This document shows positions 18,330 to 27,865 of a stretch of 64,000 nt of DNA, piece by piece. A program made the position numbers and the translations under genes. Position 1 is the first letter of the stretch. Every line of letters starts with the position of its first letter. Below the pieces are notes generated by a model. The model saw only the letters and a list, made by a program, of their open reading frames with translations, did no database searches and was not told the DNA's origin. The DNA comes from a virus: IMG/VR virus record IMGVR_UViG_3300044956_000431, positions 1 to 64,000 of that record, one strand, 5' to 3'.

Positions 18330-19554
18330 AATGAATAACGGTGTGATTTCCTGTTAGTCCTAGCTTGCGCCATGGGTCAACGATAACTGACCCTTGTGGA
18401 ATGTCACAATAGAATGTATCGTCGCGTACATCGCCGGTATAACCATAGGTAATCTGGCGGTTATGTGCCATGAGCAACACGCAGGGTTGGTCAACACGAT
18501 CTACCACATTGGTTTTGTCATCTGCCAAGGGATCAAGGTACACCACCTTGCGACCCATTTCTTCAATGTAATAACCAATCAGTGTAGAATAACTGCCAAT
18601 ACAGTAAGGAACATCAGGCTTGTAGGCTTTGCCATGAATCACTATAGGCAAGTCCTGCCCAACAATATAACTGTCAGCTTGGTCTACCAGAAACTTGGCA
18701 AGGTTTTTGGCCTGTACTTCACGTGCGGCCATGATAGTGTCAAACAAATCATAGCCAATGTCGTATTCTTCTGCCAGCCAACGTAGAGCAATGTTGTCTC
18801 TGGGGTGGCAAGCACCTGCGTCACCCATGCCTGCTGTCATGTACTTGGGTCCCATGATGCGCATGGTTGATTGTGCTAGAGCGTCTGTTACAACGTCCAC
18901 ATTGATGTTGCCAATCTTCAATGCAAAGTCCTGGATCATGTTTACCAAACCAACCTTGGCTGAAATGAATGTGTTGTAGAAAATCTTGATAGCTTCGCAT
19001 TCGTCCCAGGTGCCTGTGACATAGCGAGGATTGTTTTTCATTAACGGACGATACAAGTCAATGAGATCGCGCATTTCACTAGGGTTACCTGTTTCTGTGC
19101 CAATCATAACCATTTCTGGATTGGCCATGTCCCATTTCACCGAACCCATGGCGATCAAATAGGGATTGTATAAAAACTGATGTTTAGAATCCAACAACGT
19201 GGCAAAATGTCTACGTGTAGTACCTGGTAGCACAGTAGAAATCAATACCACTCGTTTGGGCTCCTTGGCATAGGTGTTGACATAGCCAATGGCTTGTTTT
19301 ACGGCGTCGTGTCCAAAGTCGCGAGGCTCCATGTGTGAGCTGGGGACTGATCCATCATAGCCTTCGGCATGTGGTGTGGGTACTGCAATAAACAACCAGT
19401 CACTGTTGTCTAGTACTTCTTCTACTGTGGTGCAAACTTTCACTGTGTCACTGTATCGTGGATATATATCGTATCCGTAAACCGTGTAGCGTTCTGCAAA
19501 GACTTCTGCACAGTCCAAACCCAGTTTACCCAAACCAATAAAACCTATTTTCAT
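18307..19554 (-). CDS. UDP-glucose/GDP-mannose dehydrogenase family protein
   Basis: GLGKLG, AVPTP, STVLPGT, IKIFYN, GACHPRD. Confidence 0.88.
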   Translation of the reverse strand: MKIGFIGLGKLGLDCAEVFAERYTVYGYDIYPRYSDTVKVCTTVEEVLDNSDWLFIAVPTPHAEGYDGSVPSSHMEPRDFGHDAVKQAIGYVNTYAKEPKRVVLISTVLPGTTRRHFATLLDSKHQFLYNPYLIAMGSVKWDMANPEMVMIGTETGNPSEMRDLIDLYRPLMKNNPRYVTGTWDECEAIKIFYNTFISAKVGLVNMIQDFALKIGNINVDVVTDALAQSTMRIMGPKYMTAGMGDAGACHPRDNIALRWLAEEYDIGYDLFDTIMAAREVQAKNLAKFLVDQADSYIVGQDLPIVIHGKAYKPDVPYCIGSYSTLIGYYIEEMGRKVVYLDPLADDKTNVVDRVDQPCVLLMAHNRQITYGYTGDVRDDTFYCDIPQGSVIVDPWRKLGLTGNHTVIHYGNTRKN

Positions 19555-19566
19555 TGTATCCTCCAT

Positions 19567-20889
19567 ATGTCGGTTCCTACAGATAATTTATATGATTTTA
19601 TCCACCAGGCTACAGAAAAGCGGTACTGGATGCTACGATTTTACCCTTGGGGTAGTAGGCGTTTGTTGGACTGCGGTGACTATCAGTCCAGTCTAGAACA
19701 TCTAAAAGGTCCCAACGGAATACCCAATCCTGTGGTCAATCAACTGTTGTCTGAACTTCTTACTGAACTGCCTTACGAAAGACAAGTACGCATCTTTCAA
19801 CCCATTTTGTTTTGCCACGACCAGGAACCCCTCAACTATAATTTGTATCAAGACCAAAGTTCTGAAATGACAGAATATTGCAATAGTTCAGCTTGGGATT
19901 CATCTTTTCCGCATCCTGATTTTAATTTAAGAAACACCATTGTTTGGAGTTGGCAACGAACTTGGACTTTATTGCACAGCGAACTTAATAGTCCTGAAGT
20001 TGAAAAATACGAACGCACTGGAAAATATGCAGGTGCTTATTGGTGGAGCCATGCTATGATTTCGCTTGACTGGTATCGGTATGCCAAACACGATCAAAGT
20101 TTACAATACAGTGATATAGACAAACTGTTTTTAATATATGCTCGTGACTTCACAGGTACCAGAACTTATAGAAAAGATTTTTTAAATCAAATCACGGCCA
20201 TCAAATCTCACTGTCAAATAGGATCAGTTGGTACGCATCATCAAGTAACGTCGGCCAGCAGTGCAGCATATTGCAGTGAAGATTTCAACTGTACTGGTAT
20301 CAGTGTAGTGCTAGAAACACTGTGTGATGATCCTCGTATCTATTTAACAGAAAAGACCTTGAGACCCATTGCCTGCGGGCACCCATTTATTCTTGCGGCC
20401 GGTCCTGGCAGCCTAGCATTGGTTCAAAAATACGGATTTGAAACTTTTAGTCCTTGGGTCAACGAAAGCTACGACACCATTGTTGACAGTCAACAACGCC
20501 TGGCTGCTATTGTAGCAGAAATGCAGAGATTGTCCAGTCTCAGTGCAGAACAACAGAAGTGGGTATTAGAATCCTGTCGTGCAGTGGCTGAAAGAAACAA
20601 GAAAAGATTTTTCCACTCTGACTTTTTTGATACCATTGTTGATGAACTGGTGGATAATGTCAACTCGGCGTGGCAAAGACATCAGGGCCAGTTAAGCCCT
20701 GATTTCTATTGGAAAACTCTACGCTGGAGACGTAGACATAAACCTGATTATTTTACTCCAGATAAAGTTGCTAACCTGCGAATGTTGTTACCGCTGGTTA
20801 GACAACTACGGCAATCACTTAAACAAAATCAAAGACATCAACACCGCCTGGACAATAAATCCAGCGCCAATGGTAATGATATTCAATGA
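19567..20889 (+). CDS. glycosyltransferase-like hypothetical protein
   Basis: VVLET...YLTEKTLRPIACGHPFI...GFETF...ESYD (GT10-like C-terminal motif). Confidence 0.5.
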   Translation: MSVPTDNLYDFIHQATEKRYWMLRFYPWGSRRLLDCGDYQSSLEHLKGPNGIPNPVVNQLLSELLTELPYERQVRIFQPILFCHDQEPLNYNLYQDQSSEMTEYCNSSAWDSSFPHPDFNLRNTIVWSWQRTWTLLHSELNSPEVEKYERTGKYAGAYWWSHAMISLDWYRYAKHDQSLQYSDIDKLFLIYARDFTGTRTYRKDFLNQITAIKSHCQIGSVGTHHQVTSASSAAYCSEDFNCTGISVVLETLCDDPRIYLTEKTLRPIACGHPFILAAGPGSLALVQKYGFETFSPWVNESYDTIVDSQQRLAAIVAEMQRLSSLSAEQQKWVLESCRAVAERNKKRFFHSDFFDTIVDELVDNVNSAWQRHQGQLSPDFYWKTLRWRRRHKPDYFTPDKVANLRMLLPLVRQLRQSLKQNQRHQHRLDNKSSANGNDIQ

Positions 20890-21138
20890 ATCTTTAAGTA
20901 TCACTGCACGACCAAACAGTAACAACAGTCCAGACCACATCAATAAAATAATGTCTACACTGGGTGTGCGATCACTGAGTCCAGTGAGTATGGCCAATAG
21001 CGTGGGCACTGTGGTGCAGTGGATCAAGATCACTGCCAACCAACCCAGTGTTTCAGCTGATACTGTATGCAGGCTTTCTCGGATCCATTGATTGAAGTTG
21101 GTTGTTACCCGATCAATAAAATTAAAAAATCGACTCAT
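20815..21138 (-). CDS. small membrane protein
   Basis: Three TM-like segments; coupled to the hydrolase gene. Confidence 0.65.
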   Translation of the reverse strand: MSRFFNFIDRVTTNFNQWIRESLHTVSAETLGWLAVILIHCTTVPTLLAILTGLSDRTPSVDIILLMWSGLLLLFGRAVILKDSLNIITIGAGFIVQAVLMSLILFK

Positions 21139-21740
21139 TGCTTGGATTCCTTTTTCTTGTAGAATAAATGATTACCAAACTTGGCCACGTATTGCATATT
21201 GGGCCAGGCAGGGTTTACATAATCAGCATGAAAATAAAGAGCATCTTTCAAACTGGGCAAACGAAATCCTTCTAACAGCACTTTCTTGGCCACTTCCATG
21301 CTTTCATCCCATAGTGCAGGATGCACAGGGCGCACTTTGTGTGTGGATTCGCAGTACCATGAAAACTGGCAAACTACCTTTTCGTAGATGACGTTCTTTT
21401 GGTATACCACACCGCAGACGTCTTTGCCAAAACGTCCATCCTCCACGCGGTTCATGGTTACCTGGGCCACACCTACCTTGCCTTCAAAAGGCTGATTGGC
21501 GCTTTCCCAGTAAATGTTGCGGGCCAAGCATTCCAACTGTTTGAAACGGTCCGCTGTAGATACGAAGCCTTGACGCCATAAGGCTGCTTCGTTATCAGAT
21601 GCAAGTGCATTCAGACGCAAATTTGTGACTGTGATCAAGATCGATGCAACGATCATTAGGCCGATCACACGGGGCAGACTTACAAAAAGTTTGACCATGC
21701 CAACTTGGTGCGTTTCTGACTTTGATGTTGTCTCTGTCAT
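21135..21740 (-). CDS. cell wall hydrolase, SleB/Hydrolase_2 family
   Basis: CLARNIYWES, VAQVTMNRV, CQFSW, ALYFHADYVNPAW, GNHLFY; N-terminal TM. Confidence 0.9.
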   Translation of the reverse strand: MTETTSKSETHQVGMVKLFVSLPRVIGLMIVASILITVTNLRLNALASDNEAALWRQGFVSTADRFKQLECLARNIYWESANQPFEGKVGVAQVTMNRVEDGRFGKDVCGVVYQKNVIYEKVVCQFSWYCESTHKVRPVHPALWDESMEVAKKVLLEGFRLPSLKDALYFHADYVNPAWPNMQYVAKFGNHLFYKKKESKQ

Positions 21741-21872
21741 AACTTCCTCCTTGTTTACAGGTTATTTTTACCGTAGTAATATGTACATCACATACAACCA
21801 CAGATAACTCGGTATATTTCCAAAAGAGCTATATTTACAAAAAACACTCCAAAAGAAACAAACACAAGCTAT

Positions 21873-21901
21873 ATTTTATCCTATTTTGAGATAGAAGTCA
21901 A
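21873..21901 (-). promoter_or_regulatory. sigma70-type promoter
   Basis: TTGACT-17 bp-TAAAAT. Confidence 0.55.
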
Positions 21902-22105
21902 ATTATTTTTTGCCAATACTCAATGGCAGCCAGATCAAGGTAAATATTTCAAAGGATCCCCACAGAGAATCAAAGAAGCTAAAATGGACTTTTCAAACTC
22001 GTGACCAAGGTTGGTTTTCCAATTGCGGCGGCATGCGCTGGCGGCTACTTCATTTTTCTAACATGGCAGGAGTGATGAGTTGGGTGCAGGGTCTTTTGGG
22101 CATAA

Positions 22106-22153
22106 TCACTGCTCTGGTAAGTTGTCTGTTATAATTAAGATTGTCTTTGTCAT
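22106..22153 (-). pseudogene. 5' stub of a GT4-type glycosyltransferase gene
   Basis: MTKTILIITDNLPEQ*, ATGA-coupled to rimK; resembles the GT4 N-terminus (ILIxTDxxxPQ.NGV). Confidence 0.5.
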
Positions 22154-23040
22154 TGTATTTTGAACCTTACATAGTCAACAATCCGTTGTGCCATATCTTG
22201 TTCACAAAACTTGTCCATGCCTTTGAACCCTGGACTTGAATTTGCCTCACAGATTTTGTAACCGTCTCGATCAAATAACAGATCAACTCCGGCAATTTGC
22301 AGTCCTAAAACTCTTGCTGTTTCTCTGGCCAAGTAATCAATTTCTTCGTTTATTTCAAATAATTCAGCAGAGCCGCCTTGACTGATGTTGGCACGGAAGT
22401 CACCATCAACACCTTTCCGCTTCATAGCAACAACACACTTGCCGCCAATTACCCATACACGAAGATCCGTGCCTGGTTGTGCGTCTACAAACTCTTGAAT
22501 GATAAGTGTTTTCTTTAGAGCAATGCTTGACAACAATTCCATTAGACCATCGAATATTTTGCGGCTTTCGCATAGATAAACAGTTTTGCCTCTGCTTCCA
22601 CTTGTGGCTTTTACCACACATGGGAACCCAATTTCTTTTTCAATTAAATCAACATCGACATCACCATTGACCAAAACAGTCTTGGGAATTGATAGTCCTG
22701 CTTGTGCTAGTGCTTGACTGGTAGCCAGTTTGTCTGCCACTGTTCCAACACTGGCACTGTCGTTAATTACAGGAACACTCAATCGTTCAAATTGGCGCAT
22801 CAGTGCCAAAGTGAAATAAGCACTACCCGATCCTGTCCTACTTAGAATTAAATCTGGTAAATCAATACGTTCACCTCTGTAACGTATACTTTTACCACTT
22901 CCACGACTGACAATAATATCAAAATATTTTGGTTCAAGAATTTTGGCTTCTATTTCATTACTAGAAAAGCATTCTAACAATCTTTTATTTTCGTAATTTT
23001 CTATACCGGATGCATGATGCAATATCCAAACTTTTTTCAT
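22150..23040 (-). CDS. rimK: RimK-family ATP-grasp alpha-L-glutamate ligase
   Basis: DKL, FPCVVK..GSRG, IIQEFV, DLRVWVIG, FRANISQGG, GVDLL, EANSSPG. Confidence 0.88.
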   Translation of the reverse strand: MKKVWILHHASGIENYENKRLLECFSSNEIEAKILEPKYFDIIVSRGSGKSIRYRGERIDLPDLILSRTGSGSAYFTLALMRQFERLSVPVINDSASVGTVADKLATSQALAQAGLSIPKTVLVNGDVDVDLIEKEIGFPCVVKATSGSRGKTVYLCESRKIFDGLMELLSSIALKKTLIIQEFVDAQPGTDLRVWVIGGKCVVAMKRKGVDGDFRANISQGGSAELFEINEEIDYLARETARVLGLQIAGVDLLFDRDGYKICEANSSPGFKGMDKFCEQDMAQRIVDYVRFKIQ

Positions 23041-23795
23041 TACTCATCCTTTTCTCGAGTCCAAGTTACGATTTCCCAACGGCCATTCCAATGTTCTACA
23101 AGTGCTGTCATTGACTCAACCCAGTCGCCGTCGTTCATGTAGACTACACCATCTATTTCTTTGATTTCTGCGTGATGTATGTGCCCGCAGATCACTCCAT
23201 CGAACCCACGCTTCTTACAGTATGCGGCAAGATTTTTTTCAAACTGGAAAATAAAATCTATAGATTTTTTAACTCTTGTTTTGAGATACTTGCTTAAACT
23301 CCAATAACCCAGTCCTAGTCTGTGTCTCAGAGCGTTGAATTTACTGTTTAAGTCTAGCACAAAATCATACATCTTGTCGCCCAAAAAACTCAGCCATGGG
23401 GCCAGTCTGGTAATGCCGTCAAAAAGATCTCCATGAGTAACCAGATAATGTTTTCCGTCTAAACCAATGTGCTCAGTCTGATTGAAAACTTCAATCATAC
23501 CAAAACCTATACCGTATGGAATCAATGGGCGAAGAAACTCATCATGATTGCCTGCTACATACGCAACACGAGTTCCACGCTTGGCATGCCCTAGGATACG
23601 TCTAACTACGTTGGTATGACTTTGTTTCCAACGCCACCGGTTTTGTTGAATTTTCCACGCATCGATAATGTCGCCAACAAGATAGAGTGTTTCACAGGTA
23701 TTATGTTTGAGAAAGTTATTGAGTTGCTCGGCCTTGCAGTCGCGGGTACCTAAGTGTATGTCAGAAATAAAAATAGAGCGATAAGTCTTTTGCAC
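23040..23795 (-). CDS. UDP-2,3-diacylglucosamine diphosphatase-like metallophosphoesterase (LpxH-like)
   Basis: SDIHLG, GDIID, GNHD, HGD, GHIH, NDGDWVES. Confidence 0.85.
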   Translation of the reverse strand: MQKTYRSIFISDIHLGTRDCKAEQLNNFLKHNTCETLYLVGDIIDAWKIQQNRWRWKQSHTNVVRRILGHAKRGTRVAYVAGNHDEFLRPLIPYGIGFGMIEVFNQTEHIGLDGKHYLVTHGDLFDGITRLAPWLSFLGDKMYDFVLDLNSKFNALRHRLGLGYWSLSKYLKTRVKKSIDFIFQFEKNLAAYCKKRGFDGVICGHIHHAEIKEIDGVVYMNDGDWVESMTALVEHWNGRWEIVTWTREKDE

Positions 23796-23828
23796 AGCAA
23801 TATTTAATCTCTTGTAGCATGCAGATTA

Positions 23829-24161
23829 TTACAATATTGTAATAGATTTTTTTTGATCGATTTCTTCCTTAACAGATTCAAATTGTTTTATTGATTTAAG
23901 TTGCCCTGGATCCGACTTTTTATCATAAGGAACCGGCATCGTTTGCCATTCTTCTTCGGATACATCTGAAATGACTACCAATTCATATACATGACCATCC
24001 GAACTAAAAAGATTTATTGATTCTAAACCAACAAACCCACGGGCGGCCTTTTCTATAGTTTTAGATAGTTCTAAAAGTCCTTTTTTATCTCCGACAATGT
24101 AAGCACGACCCTGGGGCTCTTTGTGTGAGTGCAGGTGTACTCTACTCAATATTGATTTCAT
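23829..24161 (-). CDS. hypothetical protein coupled to the DnaE-like gene
   Basis: ATGA overlap with the dnaE-like stop. Confidence 0.6.
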   Translation of the reverse strand: MKSILSRVHLHSHKEPQGRAYIVGDKKGLLELSKTIEKAARGFVGLESINLFSSDGHVYELVVISDVSEEEWQTMPVPYDKKSDPGQLKSIKQFESVKEEIDQKKSITIL

Positions 24162-25861
24162 TTTATATGCTCCATTTCCTCTAATTTCATACGTTTATGT
24201 TTGTAAACTGTAACATATTCTGTGTTATTTTTATACCCCAATTTTCCTGTTCCCCATACGATTGGATGATCGTGTAGACTAACAGCATGAGGTAATACCA
24301 CATCAAGATATCGTCCATTGCCGGTGCCTAATGTTATAAATGTAATATAATCTTTTGATCCGCTTTTGAATACACGATAATTGGCAACTAGCCCGCAGAA
24401 TTCTACACTACCCGGTTTTCTTATTTCAGAACACACAGGTATAAACCTATTTGACTGCCATTTTCCTGTTTGTTTTAAATCCTGCACTTCATAGCCCTCT
24501 ATGATAGAAGGTTGTACTGCTCCTGCTAATTTGGCTTCTTGCCAATAAACCCAACGAGCGTAACTGCCCTGACAATGTTTGAGAGCGGCCTGCCAAAACT
24601 TAACTGGGTTATGTGCCTTCTGATAGGCCAAAGCCCAAATCAAACGTCCTAGATTGATAGCATGAGCGCGACACAGACCAAAATGACTGAGTTCTTTGAG
24701 TGCGGCAAACACATCATCTTTTCTAGGATGGTCGCCCACTAACTGCATGAACTCAAACATTTTCTCTTCATTCTTTTTGGCAAAGGCACGACGCCACATG
24801 TCTGCTTCGTATTGATCGCAGCCTAGTATCTCTCCGATTAGATCGATAGCATCGTCTTCAAATACAATAGTATCTTCAAATTTATCTTGGCTCCAATCTT
24901 GAAAGAAACTGGCACGGCGGCGACCTTGTGTGGCCACAGGACGGATCAGTGCTGTGCATAGCACACAGTCATTTCTATTCTGCGGACGGATTGCACGGAA
25001 TAATCTCTTCATAGCAGGCGATTCTGCCTGAGTGACGCCTAAGATATCACCACGACTCAGTAATTCTGCTGTGGCTTCGTCTTCTTCAGGATAATCCATG
25101 AGATCTCGTTGTTCTATTTCCCACAACTGACTTAGGCCGCGGTTGGCCAAGATATCTATCTTGAAGTGTTCGAGATCTTCAATTTCATACTTGTCTAGTA
25201 AGATCTGATTTTCACCGTTGATAAGACTCTTAGGTACACTACGATCAAATATCAGTATACCGCCGCAGTGTTTTGAAATACAGCGTTTTTTACCTAACAA
25301 TTTATTTGCCAGTCGTTCAGCATCCGGTACGAAGCCTTTGTCTATAACTTCTTCAAGTTTGAAATTACGTTTAAGTTTTCCTTTAGCTCCTAATCTCTTG
25401 GCTGCTTCGCGACGAGCAGATTTTTCTTTATAAGTAACGTAGTTGCTTACTCTAGCACTTTGCCCAGGCCAGTGTTTGAATATACGATTCATCACTGTTT
25501 CCTGTTGCCAATGCGGAAAGTCTAAATCAATGTCTGGGAGATCATCACGTTTAGGATTCATAAAACGTGATAAGGGTATGCGTTCTTTGACTGGGTCTAC
25601 TGTAGATATACCTAGCATCCAACAGATTAAACTACTGCCAGCTGACCCTCTAGTTATGTGTGGTATGTCTTTAGTTAAATTTAATATTTCAACTACTCGT
25701 AAGAAATGTTTTGTAAAGCCTAACTTAGCAACAAGTTCCAGTTCTTCTTCTAGTCTAGTTGCATATTCCTTGCCTTCTGGTAAATCTTTAATAAATTTGC
25801 CTACAAGAGTTTCTAATTCTTTATATCTTGATTCCATAAATGCCTCATTTGCCTTGGGCAT
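24158..25861 (-). CDS. DNA polymerase III alpha-like (C-family) polymerase lacking the PHP domain
   Basis: RGSAGSSL, RFMNPKR..PDIDLDF, KHCGG, FKIDILA, ALIRP, ADMWRRA, RAHA, C-terminal OB-like region. Confidence 0.85.
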   Translation of the reverse strand: MPKANEAFMESRYKELETLVGKFIKDLPEGKEYATRLEEELELVAKLGFTKHFLRVVEILNLTKDIPHITRGSAGSSLICWMLGISTVDPVKERIPLSRFMNPKRDDLPDIDLDFPHWQQETVMNRIFKHWPGQSARVSNYVTYKEKSARREAAKRLGAKGKLKRNFKLEEVIDKGFVPDAERLANKLLGKKRCISKHCGGILIFDRSVPKSLINGENQILLDKYEIEDLEHFKIDILANRGLSQLWEIEQRDLMDYPEEDEATAELLSRGDILGVTQAESPAMKRLFRAIRPQNRNDCVLCTALIRPVATQGRRRASFFQDWSQDKFEDTIVFEDDAIDLIGEILGCDQYEADMWRRAFAKKNEEKMFEFMQLVGDHPRKDDVFAALKELSHFGLCRAHAINLGRLIWALAYQKAHNPVKFWQAALKHCQGSYARWVYWQEAKLAGAVQPSIIEGYEVQDLKQTGKWQSNRFIPVCSEIRKPGSVEFCGLVANYRVFKSGSKDYITFITLGTGNGRYLDVVLPHAVSLHDHPIVWGTGKLGYKNNTEYVTVYKHKRMKLEEMEHIK

Positions 25862-25908
25862 TTATTTATAATTGGAAATATTGAATAAGATGATATTTTG
25901 AGCAAATG

Positions 25909-25930
25909 GAAACCCGCCAGGGGCGGGTTT
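25909..25930. terminator. intrinsic terminator hairpin
   Basis: AAACCCGCC-AGG-GGCGGGTTT. Confidence 0.7.
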
Positions 25931-26068
25931 GTTTCTGTTAGACTATTTTAAGTTGTTTAAATCTGAACCAAAGTCCATTTGTTCATAGTCTGCTCCTTGA
26001 CTTCAACTACACTATTTAACTAGAGCAGACTAATCTAAAACGGCTGTTTAATCTAGATTAAAAGATGA

Positions 26069-26311
26069 TTATTTGATAGGAAGATTTTTCAGAAATTCAA
26101 TACACTCATTGAATACAATTTGTGCATCAAGTTCGCCTGCACTCAGCTGGATGTTTTCTAATCTTTGCAAGTCTGTCATGAGTTCTTGAAACTCACGCTC
26201 ATCAATGTCACCACGGGCCAAGGCATCTCGATAACTCACTGCCAGGCGTACACGATGCCTAAGTTCGCCTTCACTGTTACAAAAGTTATTAACTATGTCT
26301 ATCATACTCAT
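26069..26311 (-). CDS. hypothetical protein
   Basis: 80-aa ORF coupled to the lipoprotein gene. Confidence 0.6.
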   Translation of the reverse strand: MSMIDIVNNFCNSEGELRHRVRLAVSYRDALARGDIDEREFQELMTDLQRLENIQLSAGELDAQIVFNECIEFLKNLPIK

Positions 26312-26700
26312 GATCTAGGTCTCCTGCCACTGACATCCAACATTCTAGTTGTGGCTTCATTTATTATTTTTATTTTTGCCCGGCAGTAAAAATGACTAGG
26401 CTGTTTTTCTCGTTGATACGACATTCGAAAATCTTGTGTGACTCCGGCAAGATTTTTTGTCATGTCTGTCAGTGCATTATTACGTGGTATTGATGCACTG
26501 TAAATTTGTAACCACTGTGCAGAATGATCTATATCTTTTGCAACTGTGGCTATGTCGGCTCGCGCACAAACAGAATCATCCTGGCTCAGCAGGATGATGT
26601 CAGTGATACGAGCTTGTTCGTTGGCATCAAAATAGCTAGGAAATAATGCGCAAGACGATAGTGTGAGTGCAACACTAACTGCTGCGATTGTATTTTTCAT
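26308..26700 (-). CDS. lipoprotein
   Basis: Lipobox LSSC. Confidence 0.65.
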   Translation of the reverse strand: MKNTIAAVSVALTLSSCALFPSYFDANEQARITDIILLSQDDSVCARADIATVAKDIDHSAQWLQIYSASIPRNNALTDMTKNLAGVTQDFRMSYQREKQPSHFYCRAKIKIINEATTRMLDVSGRRPRS

Positions 26701-27049
26701 AAACGCCTTTCCAATCTGGACCTGGGCCCTGTTCTTTGTACTTAGCTATTCTATTAGAAATTTCTTGGTAGAAACTGTTTACAGTTCCACCCCAGGCATT
26801 GTGCAAATGCTCCAAGGCTTGTTCACAAAAATTCCAGTTCTTCTTACGATAGTTTTCCATGAGTTTATTGTGTAAAAGCTGTAGATTTTCTATCTTCCAG
26901 ATGTCCTCCAATGGAATCTGTTCTTTTTCCAATATACAGTAAGTATCCAATACCGGACCTTGGGGTTCAATCTGTATGCGATCCAACTCCAATACTGTGT
27001 ACTTTTCTTTCATTTCATTAGCTACTGTGTTGCCAAATATTATGTGCAT
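26675..27049 (-). CDS. hypothetical protein (TPR-like C-terminus)
   Basis: 124-aa ORF ending …PDWKGVY. Confidence 0.6.
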   Translation of the reverse strand: MHIIFGNTVANEMKEKYTVLELDRIQIEPQGPVLDTYCILEKEQIPLEDIWKIENLQLLHNKLMENYRKKNWNFCEQALEHLHNAWGGTVNSFYQEISNRIAKYKEQGPGPDWKGVYEKYNRSS

Positions 27050-27073
27050 GTTATATCCTTTTAAATATGTATC

Positions 27074-27865
27074 ATGAAACTTGCATTTGATTTAATTTCA
27101 GATCTTCACATCGAAACTTGGGAAGGATCTTTTGATTGGACCGGGCAATCTACCAGCATGATTTGTGTAGTAGCCGGAGACATCGCTAGAGACAGAGACA
27201 TCGTGATCAAAACTCTTACCCATCTGGGTCAGTGTTATCGAGCTGTGTTTTACATAGATGGCAACGATGAGCATCGTTTTTCTCTGGATGACATGGGCGA
27301 AAGTTATCGTAGTCTGGCCAAACAGATAGAACAAATACCCAATGTGACCTATCTACAGGACAATGTGTGCATTGTTGATGGCGTGGCTTTTCTTGGTACC
27401 AATGCATGGTGGACCTTTGATCTAGACTCAGAAATAGACTATGACCAAAGCAGACAATGGTTCCGTGAAAGATACCAGATCAATGAACCTGAAGTAAACA
27501 ATGTTGAAGCCATGGCATTCAATGACTATGCATACCTAGCCAAAAGTGTGGAACGACTGCAAACACACCGTGATGTAAAAAAAATAGTGCTGGTCACCCA
27601 CACTGTACCATCTCTACAGTTGATCGATCATGATCTAGAGCTTGCTGGTACCTACAGACTCAACTGTACCGGCAACAGCCACATACTCAAAGTTTTCCAA
27701 AATGACACCGAACGCAAGATCAGCACATGGTGCTTTGGACACTATCACAACGATGTTGATCATGAGATAGCAGGTGTACGATTTGTGAATAACTGTCGAG
27801 GACGTAGAGGTACTGCCTGGAGCAAATCAGTGTATTATCCCAAGCGCATAGAAGTGACCCTTTAG
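27074..27865 (+). CDS. calcineurin-like metallophosphoesterase
   Basis: SDLH, AGD, GNDEH, THTVP, FGHYH, NNCRG. Confidence 0.85.
   Translation: MKLAFDLISDLHIETWEGSFDWTGQSTSMICVVAGDIARDRDIVIKTLTHLGQCYRAVFYIDGNDEHRFSLDDMGESYRSLAKQIEQIPNVTYLQDNVCIVDGVAFLGTNAWWTFDLDSEIDYDQSRQWFRERYQINEPEVNNVEAMAFNDYAYLAKSVERLQTHRDVKKIVLVTHTVPSLQLIDHDLELAGTYRLNCTGNSHILKVFQNDTERKISTWCFGHYHNDVDHEIAGVRFVNNCRGRRGTAWSKSVYYPKRIEVTL

Noticed and set aside
21910-22134. 74-aa plus-strand ORF
   Set aside because: TTG start, no RBS and no recognisable motif; it lies in a region that looks like a decayed remnant.
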